NCBI GenBank assembly: GCA_002269645.1
Contig: NIVC01001238.1
Location: 1 to 64,000, forward strand
Source: Macrostomum lignano
Taxonomy: Eukaryota
Length of the DNA: 64,000 bases
Direction: 5' to 3'
A program made the position numbers and the translations under genes. The notes beneath the pieces were generated by a model that saw nothing but the letters and a program-made list of their open reading frames with translations, made no database searches and was not told the DNA's origin. Positions 16,295 through 29,799 of the stretch are shown here, piece after piece. Within the stretch, counting starts at the first letter, position 1. Every line of letters begins with the position of its first letter.

Positions 16295-16625
16295 ATGGAA
16301 CGATATGGGGTGGGTCAATAGGCTAATGGGTTAACAAAGGATGCTAAGTATTGATAGGAAAACAGTATTAGGGCACAAGGGGTGGGTCAACAGGGGTTGG
16401 GTCAACAGAAGCGTGTCAACAGAGATGGGTCAACAGGGATGGGTCAACAGAGATGTGTCAACAAGAATAGGTCAAGGGTCAACAGGGATGGGTCAACAAT
16501 AATAGGTCAAGGGTCAACAGGGATGGGTCAACATGGGTAGGTCAGCAGGAAAGGGTCAATAGAGATGGGTCAGCAGAAAAGGGTCAAAAGAGATAGGTCA
16601 GCAGGTCAATATGGACGGGTCAACA
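16295..16625. repeat. Degenerate GGGTCAACAG-type repeat in the DYRK1 intron
   Basis: About 20 imperfect copies of gggtcaa(c/g)ag. Confidence 0.7.
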
Positions 16626-16661
16626 ATTAACAAAGTGGGACAGCTCGGCATGGCATTTCAC

Positions 16662-17156
16662 CTCATTAATAGTCTTGTAGGTCTTGATAAGTCCGGAGCT
16701 CAGCTTCATCAGCGGCCGGTCGGCAGGGTCGCGGTAGCAGCTTTTCAAGGACTCGCATCCGCTGGCCGATGGTACCGCTGCTGCAGCGGCTGGGGCTACG
16801 GCTGACGCGGTGGTCGATGCTGAATAGGCATGGAAACTGGTGCTCATGTCCGAGGAGGACAGAAACAGAGCTGTCGCTGCTGCAGCCGCCGCCGCCGCTG
16901 AGGACGCCGGAGCTGGTGGCGCAGCCGACACGGCCGTCACCGACACGGTCGTTATAGACGTCGATTTTCCAGCGCCCAACGATGTCGATACTAAGCTGCT
17001 GGGCGCCGGCTTGTTGTTTTCATAGTCTTGGCTGGCGGCCAGCTGGTCGGCCGTCATGATGCGGCCGTACAGCCCGGCCATGCTGGAGCTTCTAGCGGGC
17101 CTGAGACTCAATGCGTGCTTGCTGCGGCCACTGTGCCCAGTAGTGATGGTGCCCAG
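16662..17156 (-). CDS. dyrk1: DYRK1/minibrain N-terminal exon (Ala/Ser-rich)
   Basis: Ends RDPADRPLMKLSSGLIKTYKTINE|GTGAAA (compare DYRK1A LRKLSVDLIKTYKHINE), phase 0. The 5' boundary and start codon are uncertain. Confidence 0.85.
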
Positions 17157-18284
17157 CTGGGCAGTGGGAATAGCAGTTATTTTAGCCCTTTAAAATCTCT
17201 ATTGTAATAAGTGTTTGAAAAGCTGTCTGCCCCCTGCCTATATACATTTGATGCTTTGTACATCGTGCATATTAATCTTTATCAAAAATATTGCTTTTAT
17301 ATTTGCAACAAAAAATAGCCACCAAAATGTAACTCGATGAACATACCAATTAACTCAATATGGCCTTTGGTCTTCTATGCTTTTGATTGATTTAGAACTT
17401 AGAACTAACCAATTATATAGTTATGATTGATTAGGCAAATTAGGCAAAAATTAAATAGCTTTTACCATGTTTTGAGTCAATAACAAGACTAAGTTGAAAT
17501 TGCATTTTCAGTAAAAAAATTAAGTTGCATAACAAATATAATTTCAGTAGTTGCATATGTATGACTTAAAAACATCATCTTATTTATAGAATAAGCTAAT
17601 TAAAAATTGTGATACCATTGGAAAGTTAGTGCCTTTATCTTCTAATTTTGAACAAGAATGGTAAGTTCTAAAATAACTGGTAATATTGAAATATAGAACT
17701 AATATAATAAACTATTTTTTCTTATTCTTAACTCACCTTTTTATTAGATAAATCAAATTTTAACAGTATTTGAACTGTCTTTATTATTTTAATAGGTTAG
17801 CTTTGTTGTCTTAATCAGGAAACAAATTTTTATATACTGAATATGTTTATTACAAGAGAAAAAAAGTTAATTTTATTAACTACAAAAATAGCAAAAAGTA
17901 TTATTTTGCAGTTCTATCATGCATTTTAGGCCTAATACTAACTTTCATAGCTATTGTTAGAAAGTTTTTACTATTCTAACTATATTAGATATAATCTTAT
18001 CAGTAGAAAAAGGATAAAAGATAAAAGAGCAAAGAAATAATAAATAACAAAGTTAAATAAAAAAATAAATAGTATTTGTAAAAAATTATAAACTGATTTC
18101 TACTATCTTAAATTTACCAAAAATATTTTGGGTAAAATGGTCAACAAACCCTAAAAGACAAAATAAATTACAAAAACATTAAAAATTTAAGATAAAAAAG
18201 TTGCACTAATTCAAAACATTACAGAACATTAATTCAAAACAAAACAAAATTCAAATTCAAAACATATGCTTATATTTATAAAAC

Positions 18285-19570
18285 TAGCTACAACCTAGCT
18301 AGCCAATCTGGCTAGGCCAGCTAGCAAGAAGCCCACCCAAGGTAAGTTGCAAAATTCCCATCCAAAAAATCTGCATATTATAGTACTAATTAGATGATAA
18401 GGCATATAGCTTTAATAATATAATCATAATTACTTAAGTAAACAGTGTTGGGCACTAGTCTATTGAGAAGCATTAATCTGTTATAAAGTATTAAGATTTT
18501 TCATTAATGGTAATGGACTGCCATTAAGACTTTTTGCTTTAACTTTAAAATTCTTATTAAAATTTAAGTTAAAATTCTTAATAATAATGCTTAACACTAA
18601 AACTAAATAAAAAAGAAATAAATTGTAAATGTGATAAAGGAAGGGATGTAAAAAAGAATAGGAATTAAAACCCAATAGGTTAATATAGATTGGCTATGCT
18701 ATTGCTTCTATTTATACTTCTACAATTATATCTTTAAATATTCTGTCTATGTGCTAAAGTATTCCTATAATTAAAAGTAATTAAGTTAGAAGACAGGTAT
18801 TTAAAGCAATGGTTTTGGCTTTATAGAAATCTTTTGATATTCTGGACTTATTCTTGGCCTTATTGCATGCAACTACTTCAAACAAGTCATCATATGGGCC
18901 TCTTATAGATAGCCTGCACCTGCATTGGCATGGTCATGGGGTGACAACAATAATGCAAATTTATTTTAATTGTTTAACTAAAAAACTAACTTTAAAATCC
19001 TAAGTTAAATATAAAATGTTATAAGATTAGCAATTTTAAGATAGATATTTCTTGACTATGCGTGAGAAATATATTCTATGAGTACTAATAGAATAACTAT
19101 TAACTAGGCCTAACTTTTTCTAATTATAATAAGGGTAGTAACGATACTATAGTTTAGATTGTGTATTAGTGTATATTGGGTCTAATAGGGAAAAATCCAA
19201 TACTTTGTATATTGGGACTAAAAAGGTGCATCACTAACACAATGTTTCTACTGTTTCATATATGCCAGGATATATACTAATATACATACATGTGCAACCT
19301 CCCTGATTTACACTGGCCATGCAACTTACTTTCTGACCAAAAATACAATTTACCTAAGAAAATAACCCTAAAGCTAAAATTAACACAACTTTGGATAAAT
19401 GGCAGGGCAGGAATAACTTGACTATCTTATAAAGACTAAATACCTCATTATCTAATTAGTACTCTGTATGTCTATATTCTTTTGGGTGGGCATTTTTGTA
19501 ACTTAACCCTGGTCTACCACAATTTACAGTAGCTGGATTGGCCAGGTTGGCTAGCAGTTGCAAATGTATG
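18285..19570. mobile_element. Old foldback/MITE-like element with diverged long inverted arms
   Basis: About 18285-18420 aligns by eye with the reverse complement of about 19430-19570 (GCTAGCCAA.CTGGC...AGTACTAATTAGAT.AT.AGG.AT.TAG). Confidence 0.5.
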
Positions 19571-21165
19571 CTAATATTAGTGTTCTGCTGTAGTTGTAGG
19601 CAAATATGGTAAAATGGGTGCCTATGGCAACTACAGATGCCTATGGTGGATAACTGCTCTTACAGTTACAACTATAGAAATATGGTAGTTTTTGTCATAT
19701 TCCATAGATTCCCATAAGCCATAGTTATTAATTAAAAAATAAATAAATATTAGAAACAGGTAGAGTAAAACAAATATACTTTGGTAAACTGTATTATAGA
19801 CTTTCTACTTTAATTTGCAATTGTTTAAGCACCAGGTTATTTTTTAATTCAAAATATTTCATTTCCTAGACTTTTTGTTAAAACTATGGCTACCGCTATA
19901 AGAACTATGGGAATATGGTAATACTGGGATCCCTACGGCTACAGAATATAGAGAATTGGAATAAGCCATAGTTTTGCTTATGGCTATGGCTATAGCAGAT
20001 GAACCCCTCTTATGGCAAAACACTAGCTAATATACACAAAAAATGACAAATACCCTTGTTATACACTAGGAAATCCCAGCGCCCCTATTGCAGCCAATGG
20101 CCATTTTCGTGGACGGCATCCGGCGCGGATTGGCCTAGCGGCGGCGCAACGCGCGGCGGCGGCGCGGCGCGTGGCGGCGGCGCGCGGTGGCGTGGCGTGT
20201 GGTGGCGGCGCGCGGCGGCGTGGCGCAGGGGCATGGGAAAATTGAACCAAATCACTGATCCTGGGGACTGGCCCTGGCGCAGTATGGGTAGATGTCTGGC
20301 GCGGGAAAGGGGGGCGTCCGGCGCGGTTCAGACCTTGGCTGCAATAGGGCCCAGCGCATATATTTACCTTTCAAACTATAGTTGACTAATAGACTGGGTT
20401 TTTTGGGCCATATAGGATTTTTGGTATCAAAGGCTAATTTTACAACTTTTTTTCTAGTACAAATTGCCAATTTAAAAAATGATTTTGTTAGTGTAGTCTA
20501 AAAAAGTGCTATATAAATCAATATAATAAAATTGTTGGGCCTAGTTTGTTATTGTTTGCAGCATAGATAGCAATCTAAAGAGTTGAGAGAACAAATTTCT
20601 GCTTTTAAAATGCAGCTTTGGAAATATCCATCCTTGAGAGTTTGGCTAGTTGCCAATGGGCAACCAAAAATAACCATCAGAAACTAGATTTTAAGCCCTA
20701 AGGGCAAGCTGGCAACTGGATTTCCAAGCTTAAATTTGGGAAATATGGATACCTTTTTGATAAGATATTTTACCTTTAAGCAACCTCTTTTAAAACTAAC
20801 CGCACTACATTAAAAACCCCTTTCCTAAAAAATCATCCATACAGCTTAAAACATTTTGTCAGACATTTATAATTACAATAGGCTCAATGAGAAGTGAACT
20901 GTGTAGTGTAACATAGTTTGGCTCAGGCCTGTTAAGCCAGTATGGGTTTTGTATTTATAATTTAAATTTTAGATGCTAGAAATAATTGTTAAATTAGTTG
21001 ATGTAAATTATGAAGTATTGCTTTGATTAGGAGATAAAATATGAATGAAGTCAGATTAAAAATCGAAAAAACATAAGAACAATTTTTTTTAATTACTGAA
21101 AAAAGGCATAATGTAAGATAATGAGGTTATTAATAAAAAATTAGTTGCTCTCAATAATTAATTGA

Positions 21166-22520
21166 ATGTCACAAAAAGGCAAACGGAAGAACAATGTTGA
21201 TAAACAAGAAGCATCCCTAACAGGCATCTCCCTCCCACTGCATGCTAAATCATGGCAAGAAACTGATGAAGGTAGCTGCCTAGCCTGCAATGATGAAGTA
21301 CACAAAGGCATACAATGCAAAAGTTGCCACTGCTGGTACTACCAGTCTTGCTCTGGCCTGGCCAAATCAATCTTCACTGCCATAGCAAATGGCCCTAATG
21401 ACAATGGGCTCATTTGGACATCCCATGATTGCAAGACTTATGCCCACACATTCATCAATGGTGCAGAGCTGCTTAAAGACCTTTAAGTAAAGCTGACTGC
21501 ACTCGAAGAGCATATAGAAGAGCTAGAATCAATCAAGAAAAGGAAACAGACAGTCACCTTCAACATCAGCTTTGATGAAATTGTTGAGGAGGTCAAACAG
21601 TGCAGCATAAAGATAAACAACATTGTGGTTTTTGGACCACAAGAAGAGGCAAAGCTCAAAGACCTTATGCAAGACAGACTTAAAGTGTCACCTGCAACTG
21701 TGCCTATTGTTGCCACCAGGTGGATTGGTTGCAAACAACCTCAACTATTGACAAAGGCCCCTGGTTGTTTGACTGGTCAATAAAAGCAAAAAAGCTGCAA
21801 AAAAATCATCAAAGAACTTAAGACTTGTCAAAAATGGTGAGAAGAATATCCAAATTGGATATAAGAGGAAAATTTCTTTCATTAAAACTTACTGAACTTC
21901 TGAAACTTGTGACTTAAGTACCCCAACAGTTAATAGCCAAAATATTATTAAGGCAAATGAAAAGCAGATACAGTACACTAAAGAGTACCTCATCTTTATT
22001 AGAAATAACAATGCTCAAAAGATCAAAAAATTTCCTTACTATATCAAATTGAAACTCTTTAAATTTAATCTTACCCAAAAAAATTGATAAAGAAAATTTT
22101 ACTATCAGCAGCTGGAATATCACTGGACTTTATGTAATAAAAGATTCTGTGATTATTCTCAAGCTAGAATTACTAGAAACTAAATCAATTTTTAAGAATA
22201 ATATTCAACAATTGTTAAGTTCCATTTGTTAAATTATTTTGACTCTAGAAAATTACTGTACAAACAATTTTAAGTACAAACAAATACTTTTAAGAGCCTT
22301 AAGCCTGATTAAGCACTAATTATATGCTTTAATACTTGTTATAATATATCTGACACCAAAAAGCTATAATAGTGTATGGCCAAAATGTTAATAAATGAAC
22401 AAGTCCTAACATGAAACAAATAAAGTATTATTGTCTATGGTCAAACTACCAACAAACAGCAAAAGCTTTACAGGCTATAGTAGTGGGAAATTTATAATAG
22501 GATATTCCCAAATGGCTTCA
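21166..22520 (+). mobile_element. Degenerate non-LTR retrotransposon (ORF1 PHD finger and coiled coil; possible endonuclease traces)
   Basis: CLAC...IQCKSCHCWYYQSCSGL...LIWTSHDC PHD-like finger, then KLTALEEHIEELE and INNIVVFGPQE, as in CR1/L2-type ORF1. Many stops. Confidence 0.55.
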
Positions 22521-23272
22521 CTGGGTTTAGTTGACTCAACAATTCCTCTAAGTATACTTTAAATATGGCTTGTGAAGTCCCATGCATGGCGCATAGCCCA
22601 TAGTCCGGATCATGTTGAGTGCATACCAGAATGCTCTGAACCAATGCATGCCAGTGCCAAGTAGATGCAGGCTAGTGCCAAGCCATAGTCAGGAAGATGG
22701 CACAGTGTGCACTGGAATCATTTTTTGGGACAATTTGTGCACTGTCTATGCGCCGTCTGTGCCATTTGTGCGCTGTCTGTGCACCGTCTGTGCGCCATTC
22801 TTCACGAGTAGAGTTTTCTAAGAAAGGCCTTTGTACAAAAAGCCTTTTTAAAATGTTATGCATATTTTCCTACAAATAGTCATGCAAAATTGACATTCTT
22901 AGTGATAATCTTATATACTAAAGTTGAGTTTGTTTGTTTGTTTGTTTGCTTGTAACAGAAAATCTTGCGAATGGAATGACCGATTTTCTCCGTTTTTGCA
23001 CCATTAGATGGCAAATTGTCCAGAATCGGTACACGTATTTTTAATAAGCTATCCAAATTAAAGAGGCCTCTCAATTGTCAGAAAACAGGTTTTTGCCCAT
23101 CTTGCTAATGTATTTTTTGGCAGTGAGAGCTTGCAAACGGTTTTGGCCATAGATTATAATGCTAATAGCTGTAGGCTGCTTGGTTTTTATGTAGCCCACT
23201 GCTTCCTTTCCTTCTTTCTTTTCTTTGGTTTTTGAACCCTCTAATAGTGCTTTATCTATTTAGCCCCACTGT

Positions 23273-24237
23273 ATGATGGTGCGCCGTGGCGCAAGCCATT
23301 TGAAGAGAAGCCGTGACGCAAAGAAAAGACGACTGGCCGAGTCTGCTGGAGAGCGCGATGCCTGTCTGGAAGAGCAGCGGCGGCGAGACGCCGAGCGCCG
23401 CGCTGTTGAAGACGAGGCTGAGCGGTTTGCCCGTCTGGAGGAACAGCGGCAGAGACAGGCTGAATGTCGCGTTGCTGAAGACGAGGCTGAGCGGATTGCC
23501 CGTCTGGAGGAACAGCGGCAGAGACAGGCTGAGTGTCGCGTTGCTGAAGACGAGGCTGAGCGGATTGCCCGTCTGGAGGAACAGCGGCAGAGACAGGCTG
23601 AGTTTCGCGCTGCTGAGGACGAGGCTGAGCGGATTACCCGTCTGGAAGAGCAGTGGCAGAGACAGGCTGATTGTCGGCGCGGTGAATCTGTCACCAGGTT
23701 ACCTTGTGTCGAATCTATTGTGCCCTTTAGTCAGTTGCAGGTCAATACCACCATTGGCGATGGCAACTGCTTTTTTCATGCCGTGTGCGACCAGCTACGT
23801 GGCACACCGCATGAAACCGATGCCGCTACCCTTTGGCATGAGTTGGCCTGTCGTGCAGTTGAACTTTTGCCACAGTTGGTCGCGAATGGCATCATCGCGC
23901 CTGATTGCGCCGATGAGATTGCGAATTCCTCCTTTCAGGAAGGGGTTTATATTTCAGACGAAGTGGCAGCTCTGTTTAGTAGCTGCTTTGACATGGACCT
24001 GGTGATTTACCAGTCCAATGGTAATGTGCTGCAATATTTCAAGTGTGACAAGCAGCCTCCCAATGCCACTGTGCGTGTGCTCTTGAGTCACGAGCACTAC
24101 GAGTCGCTCAGACTTCGACCGTCTCTGCAAGCTTCTTCAGGTGCAGAGTGTCCCAGGCCAATGGCAAGCGGCTCAAAGGCAGTGCCAGTTGACATCCACA
24201 GCTCATGTGCCGACATTGGAGCATCGGGTGATCATCG
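23273..24237 (+). CDS. Helitron protein exon 1: STPR-like 23-aa repeats and OTU cysteine protease domain
   Basis: Repeats EDEAERIARLEEQRQRQAECRVA (69 bp). OTU motifs GDGNCFFHAV and LLSHEHYESL. Phase-2 donor CG|GTGAGT. Confidence 0.8.
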
Positions 24238-24311
24238 GTGAGTCTTCTTCATTTGTCTTTTTGATTTGAACTGCTGTCCTCACAACATGTCTTATTCCAC
24301 TGTACTCACAG

Positions 24312-25103
24312 ACGTGCCGAGCCATTGCTGCCAGAGGCCCCGGCTCACCAGTGTGGACCAATGAACAACGCCTGCAATGACTGTGGCGCATTGTTTTGGG
24401 CCAAAGAGACGCGCAACTTCTGCTGCGCCAAGGGCAAGGTGAAGCTGCCCACCCGTACGATGCCGCAGGTCTTGGCAGATCTTTACACGGGGCAGCACCG
24501 ACTCAGTGCAGAGTTCCTGGCCCACATCAGGAGCTACAATGCGGTGCTGCACCTCACATCTCTGGGTGTGAAGCTCAGAATGGTGCCTGGCTATAGTCCC
24601 AGCTTCATCATCAGCGGCCAGCTGCATCACAATATGGGGCCGCTGCTTGCCGACCCCTCAGCCGAGCCGCATGGCTGGCAGGTGTATTTTACTGACCGCG
24701 AATTGGAGAGCCGCCTGAGCCTCAGTCAGAGAGTGAAGCCGGAGCTGCTAAAGCTGCTGCAAACTCTGCTGCATCAATCCAACGGCTACGTGCAAAGCCT
24801 TCGAGCTGCTGTTCAGCGAATCAGTGGCGACCCTGAGCTGGGAGATGCGTGAATTGTGATTCACCCGGACTGAAGACCAGCAGGGGAACACATTCGGTGA
24901 GTTTGTGGTGTCAAAATAAACTATGATGTATATATTGTATATATACATGATACAATATATAAAAATATAAAAATATAAAAATATGATTTTTCCTCAGGCG
25001 CTACAATCTTCCTATGGCCAATGAGGTTGGCATTCTTATCGTTGGTGGCACAGAGGACGCAACGACAAATTATTGAGATATTGAATTATAGATACGGTGA
25101 ATA
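24312..25103 (+). pseudogene. Helitron Rep/helicase N-terminal region (exons 24312-24896 and 24998-about 25103), with premature stops, truncated
   Basis: CNDCGALFW...CCAKGKVKLP, IRSYN..L..TSLG, F.I.GQLHH..G.L, QVYF.D, RPAGEH.RRYN.P..NEV motifs. GT-AG introns 24238-24311 and 24897-24997 keep the frame. Confidence 0.75.
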
Positions 25104-28100
25104 AGAGAGATTATTATGAATATTAGTTAATCAATTGCGATAAATAACTGTACTAAATACTCTCCCCGAAGGGGGGTCAACTATTGCTAGTTTATACTAA
25201 TTTTATTTACTGTTAATTTTAAAGAAGCAAAAAGTTTATCATTGACTTTCTAGACAATACAAATATCCTTTATTTTACGTAAAATTGTTAATTTGCATTA
25301 CAATTTTCATGCATGTCAGGGACCTTATGCGCCACAATTATGCACCGCATGCGCCAAAGACCTCAGTGTGCGCCATGATTGTGCCCCAAGTGCGCCAAGG
25401 ACCCCTTGTGTGCGCTGGAATTTTCCATGGCAAAGGCCACCTGCGTGACTATGGGTGCCAAGCAAATGCATGCCAAACTAATATGTATAGAAAAAACATA
25501 CAACTTTTTATATTTAAATAATACACTTCAGAAAATAGTCTAACATTTTTAAAAACTTTTGTAGGCCTAGTATACAACCGTGTTTCTTTTGGCACATTAA
25601 CATTTACTGGTCATTTTGCAATAAAAAAAGGTATGAATTCTTGTCTTTACAAAATCATGTCTTTTTATGAACTTTTGTCTCAACAAAACATGCCAGATCA
25701 TCTAGTGCATTATTGACAGCTTATAAGTCACTAGACACTCAATCTTAATACAATGTAACTGAATCATTCAAAAATTATAACAACTTCCTGACACTAAATT
25801 TTAAACACAAAAAGGATTAAAACAAAAGCTTCATCATAATAAACTTCTATATACCACCAATCTCTTCAAAATATTACGACTAAGAAAATTGAGAACAGTT
25901 AACAACTATCCTAGATGCACTGTGCAGTGTGCACATCACTCAGAGGGAAACATCTTCCTTATTGGAGACTTCACTGCTCCTATAAACAATACCTCTTACA
26001 TAGATTTAAATACAATAAATACCACTAGAGCAAAAAATCTCACTCACTAGGCAAAGCCAAGACAAGAAAAACAAGAGTTTTCCTATCTGAACTCTCGGTT
26101 TATTTCCAAAACTAATTAAGTGCATTTTCTGCGAAATCGTTGTTCCTTTTGATTTTCTTTTTTTCTTTGAATACAGAAAATAAAATTTTAAAATATATAC
26201 TTTTATTTATTACACATTTTTTAGTAATTAATACAGCTAGTATTTGCAGCTAGTAAAATTAATTTTTTAAGTACTTTAGGCTTTGTTATACTATGCATTG
26301 CTTTAGTAGGCTTTTCAACGAAGATCTGTTCTAGAACCTACCGGAATAATTCCAATTCCAGAGCCAGAATCGGTAGTAAAATGAAAAGCTTCGAACCCAT
26401 TGTATGTTTTTCAGTCTTTACAGATTAATTTTGTTTTTCCTTGACTTTGTTTCCTCTTGGATATGACAAAAAAACGGAATAATTATATACCAATAATAAA
26501 AAATTGACGATTTCAAATATATTTTACTGTTAAGGTGTAAACATGACAACGGATCGAGAAAATTTTTCAATCCAAATTCCAAAACCAGAACACGGTTCTG
26601 GAACCGATTCTGAAAACGGAACAGACAATTTGAAAAGCTTCGAACCGATTCTGGTTCTGGAATCGGTAATATGAAAAGCCTATAGAATTTATTTGAAATC
26701 ACGGCGATAACTTTTAAATAGATCGATCTTGTCGTCATGCTTCCGGCAAAACCCACTAAGTCGTCCTTTTTTGCCCTTTTATAGCGAAATGTGTATTCTA
26801 TCAATTCCCATCTAAACCAGAATTGATTCGAAGGACGAGAGAGGATAAAATTCATGCACAATATCTGCTTAGCTATAAGAACACTAACCATGCATATTTG
26901 TTACACCATGACTCATAGATGGCTGGATCAGAGAGCAGTGTTGAATTATTGACTAAGTTCAGCTTTTCTATCGTAACTGTCATTAACTTTCTCACCCTGG
27001 AACCCTGCACAAGAAACCCTTGTGTACAACAGTCGTGTACTTTACATTACAATTGTGCAATATGATACAGTACCGGTAGGGGTCACTGCGAGTACATATG
27101 CAAAGTATATTTACAGTACATGCTATTTATGTTTGCCACTATTGCAGTGCTGAAAATAATTTTATCGATTTCTTAAAATCGTAAGAAATGGAAGTAAATT
27201 CAATCAATCGAAGACGCATTAGTCCGTATATTGATGTGAAATGCAGGCAATAAAAAGCCTGCTCACGACCCCTTCTCATGTCAAGGTCTAACAATAAGGA
27301 ATTAAGAGCTAATTATCAATTCTTCATACATTCTCAGATTTATTTTGCATTCTTATACTAAGATTGCGCTTATTAGCAGGAGTTTGAATCGCTGCCACAC
27401 AGCGTAGTCCAGTAGCACAGCAAAGTCCGACTAAAACAAAAAAACGAATCGCGCCGTTCACCGAAAAAAAGAAAAGATGTCAATAGCATCAGGCATGCAT
27501 ATTTTTTCTGCTATAATTTTAAAACAGCAAGTGTCATTCGATTAGTCTGATTAGAAAATTCTCAAAAAAACTATTCTGATTTGTATAGACCAGCACACAA
27601 GTATGAAATAGGGGTGGATTTCATCGAACAGCCGAATTAGCACGGTTGAGTGCAGCAATCTGAGCAAGGTGTCATTGTTAGATTGCAAGTAATGGTACAA
27701 GTGCCAATGCTGGGGATAGGTTTTTGTTCTCACTCTTATAGTCAAGTTTTAGTAGCTCGTAATAATCAGTGTTTTTTAAGGACAACGCATATTAGGCAGA
27801 GTTTTCTTAGGTTAATGAATGTACAATACAGATACAAGATACAAGAGTACAGGTACATGAAATAGTGCTAATAAATTTCTGGATTAAATCAGGAGAGATA
27901 AAGAAATGGAAACCAGTTTTTCTTATCCGCAACTGGCTACTGACAGTAGGCAGCCAAGACTAATAATAAGAGTGTCAATATAAGCCTACTAACAGTAGCC
28001 CAAAGCGCCTATTAACTGTATTAGCCCAGTAAATCAGTGCAGGTGACAGGATAAGAGCATTCATTGCCGGGATTCGCAATCGTAGATAGGGATAACAACT

Positions 28101-28105
28101 CCAGA

Positions 28106-28375
28106 TTAGGGAGAGTCGGTAGAAAGCAGGTCCTCGGGCAGCACAACCGGCAGGCTCTTCTGTGTGCGGCAGGCGGCCTCGCCGGCCAGTCGGTAGGTCA
28201 GGCTAAAGGCCAGGCTCTTCTCGGCCGGGTCCAGCACCAGTAGGCACTGGGTGATGGGGGCGGCGGCCGGCAGCATGGGGGAGCTAGCCGGCAGGCTGGT
28301 GCCGCTGGGAGCCTGGGTCAGCACCGAGTCGGGGGCGCGCCGGCAGGTCACAGTTAGGGCGACGTCTTGGCAGGC
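28106..28375 (-). CDS. gga: GGA adaptor, last exon (GAE domain C-terminal half)
   Basis: CGCAG|ACQDVALTV...APSGTSLPA..P......ITQCLLVLDP...LAFSLTY, stop at 28106. Confidence 0.8.
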   Translation of the reverse strand, partial: ACQDVALTVTCRRAPDSVLTQAPSGTSLPASSPMLPAAAPITQCLLVLDPAEKSLAFSLTYRLAGEAACRTQKSLPVVLPEDLLSTDSP

Positions 28376-28483
28376 CTGCGGCGCGTGAGGCGGAGTTATA
28401 AATTTGACTGGAGTCTTGGATTTGAAGACCTTAATGCATTTGAAGAATTCTAAGTATTTGGGTCTTGAACGCGGAGTCTTGCT

Positions 28484-29420
28484 TTGGGATTTGAAGGCCT
28501 ATTCATGAATTTGGATTTGAAGGCCTATCCATGACTTGGGATTTGAAGACCTATTCATGACTTGAGATTTGAAGGCCTATCCATGACTTGGGATTTGAAG
28601 GCCTATCCATGACTTGAGATTTGAAGGCCTATCATGACTTGGGATTTGAAGGCCTATCATGACTTGGGATTTGAAGGCCTATCATGACTTGAGATTTGAA
28701 GGCCTATCATGACTTGAGATTTGAAGGCCTATCATGACTTGAGATTTGAAGGCCTATCATAACTTGAGATTTGAAGGCCTATCATGACTTGGGATTTGAA
28801 GGCCTATCATAACTTGAGATTTGAAGGCCTATCATGACTTGGGATTTGAAGGCCTATCATAACTTGAGATTTGAAGGCCTATCATGACTTGGGATTTGAA
28901 GGCCTATCATAACTTGAGATTTGAAGGCCTATCATGACTTGGGATTTGAAGGCCTATCATGACTTGGGATTTGAAGGCCTATCATGACTTGAGATTTGAA
29001 GGCCTATCATGACTTGAGATTTGAAGGCCTATCATGACTTGAGATTTGAAGGCCTATCATAACTTGGGATTTGAAGGCCTATCATGACTTGGAATTTGAA
29101 GGCCTATCATGACTTGGGATTTAAAGGCCTATCCATGACTTGGGATTTGAAGGCCTATCCATGACTTGGGATTTGAAGACCTATCATAACTTGGGATTTG
29201 AAGGCCTATCATGACTTGAGATTTAAAGGCCTATCCATGACTTGAGATTTGAAGACCTATTCATGAATTTGGATTTAAAGGCCAAATCTTCCTTTTGGAA
29301 TTGAATGCCTAATCAATCATGATTTGGGGTTTGAAGGCTGAGTCTTACTTTAAGATTTAAAGGCTGGGTAATGATTTGGGATCTGAAGGGCGAGTCTTAC
29401 TTTGGGATTTGAAGGCCGAA
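28484..29420. repeat. 25-bp intronic minisatellite (GATTTGAAGGCCTATCATGACTTGG)
   Basis: Direct reading, degenerate at both ends. Confidence 0.93.
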
Positions 29421-29562
29421 TTCTGATATGAACTAGCTAGTGATGGTTTCATAAAGATTTCATAATCATAAGGATTTCGCATCTTTAAGTTTCCAAGAAC
29501 ACCTTAATGGATTCGAGGGTTTTGAGTAAATTAAACAGGCTAAGCGCGTTAGTCTCACTTAC

Positions 29563-29764
29563 CTGTCCCAGTGTAGAAGCCACTGCGCACAGGAGCGCTG
29601 CAACGCCAGGCGCAGGCGCACAGTCTGGCTCGGCGAAGTGCAGCATGACGGTCACGTGACCGGCGCCGGGGCCAGCCGGCTCGCTTTGAATGACGGGCTG
29701 AGGCGAGTAGGACGGGTGCGGCCGGAGGGAGGCCACAGAGACCGGGGGCAGGCTGGAGAGTCGG
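29563..29764 (-). CDS. gga: GGA adaptor exon (GAE domain N-terminal half)
   Basis: CTGCAG|C phase 2. SLRPHPSYSPQPVI...VMLHFA...STLGQ|GTAAGT. Confidence 0.8.
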
Positions 29765-29799
29765 CTGCAGCGGAGGTGCAGGGGGAGTGGCGAATGAGC

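Larger units (their letters stand above)
22909..25190 (+). mobile_element. Internally deleted Helitron (about 2.3 kb)
   Basis: 5' A|TCTTATATACTAAAG followed by (GTTT)n. 3' CCCC-GAA-GGGG hairpin (25164-25174) 12 nt before CTAG|T. Encodes the Helitron Rep N-terminal region. Confidence 0.8.
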
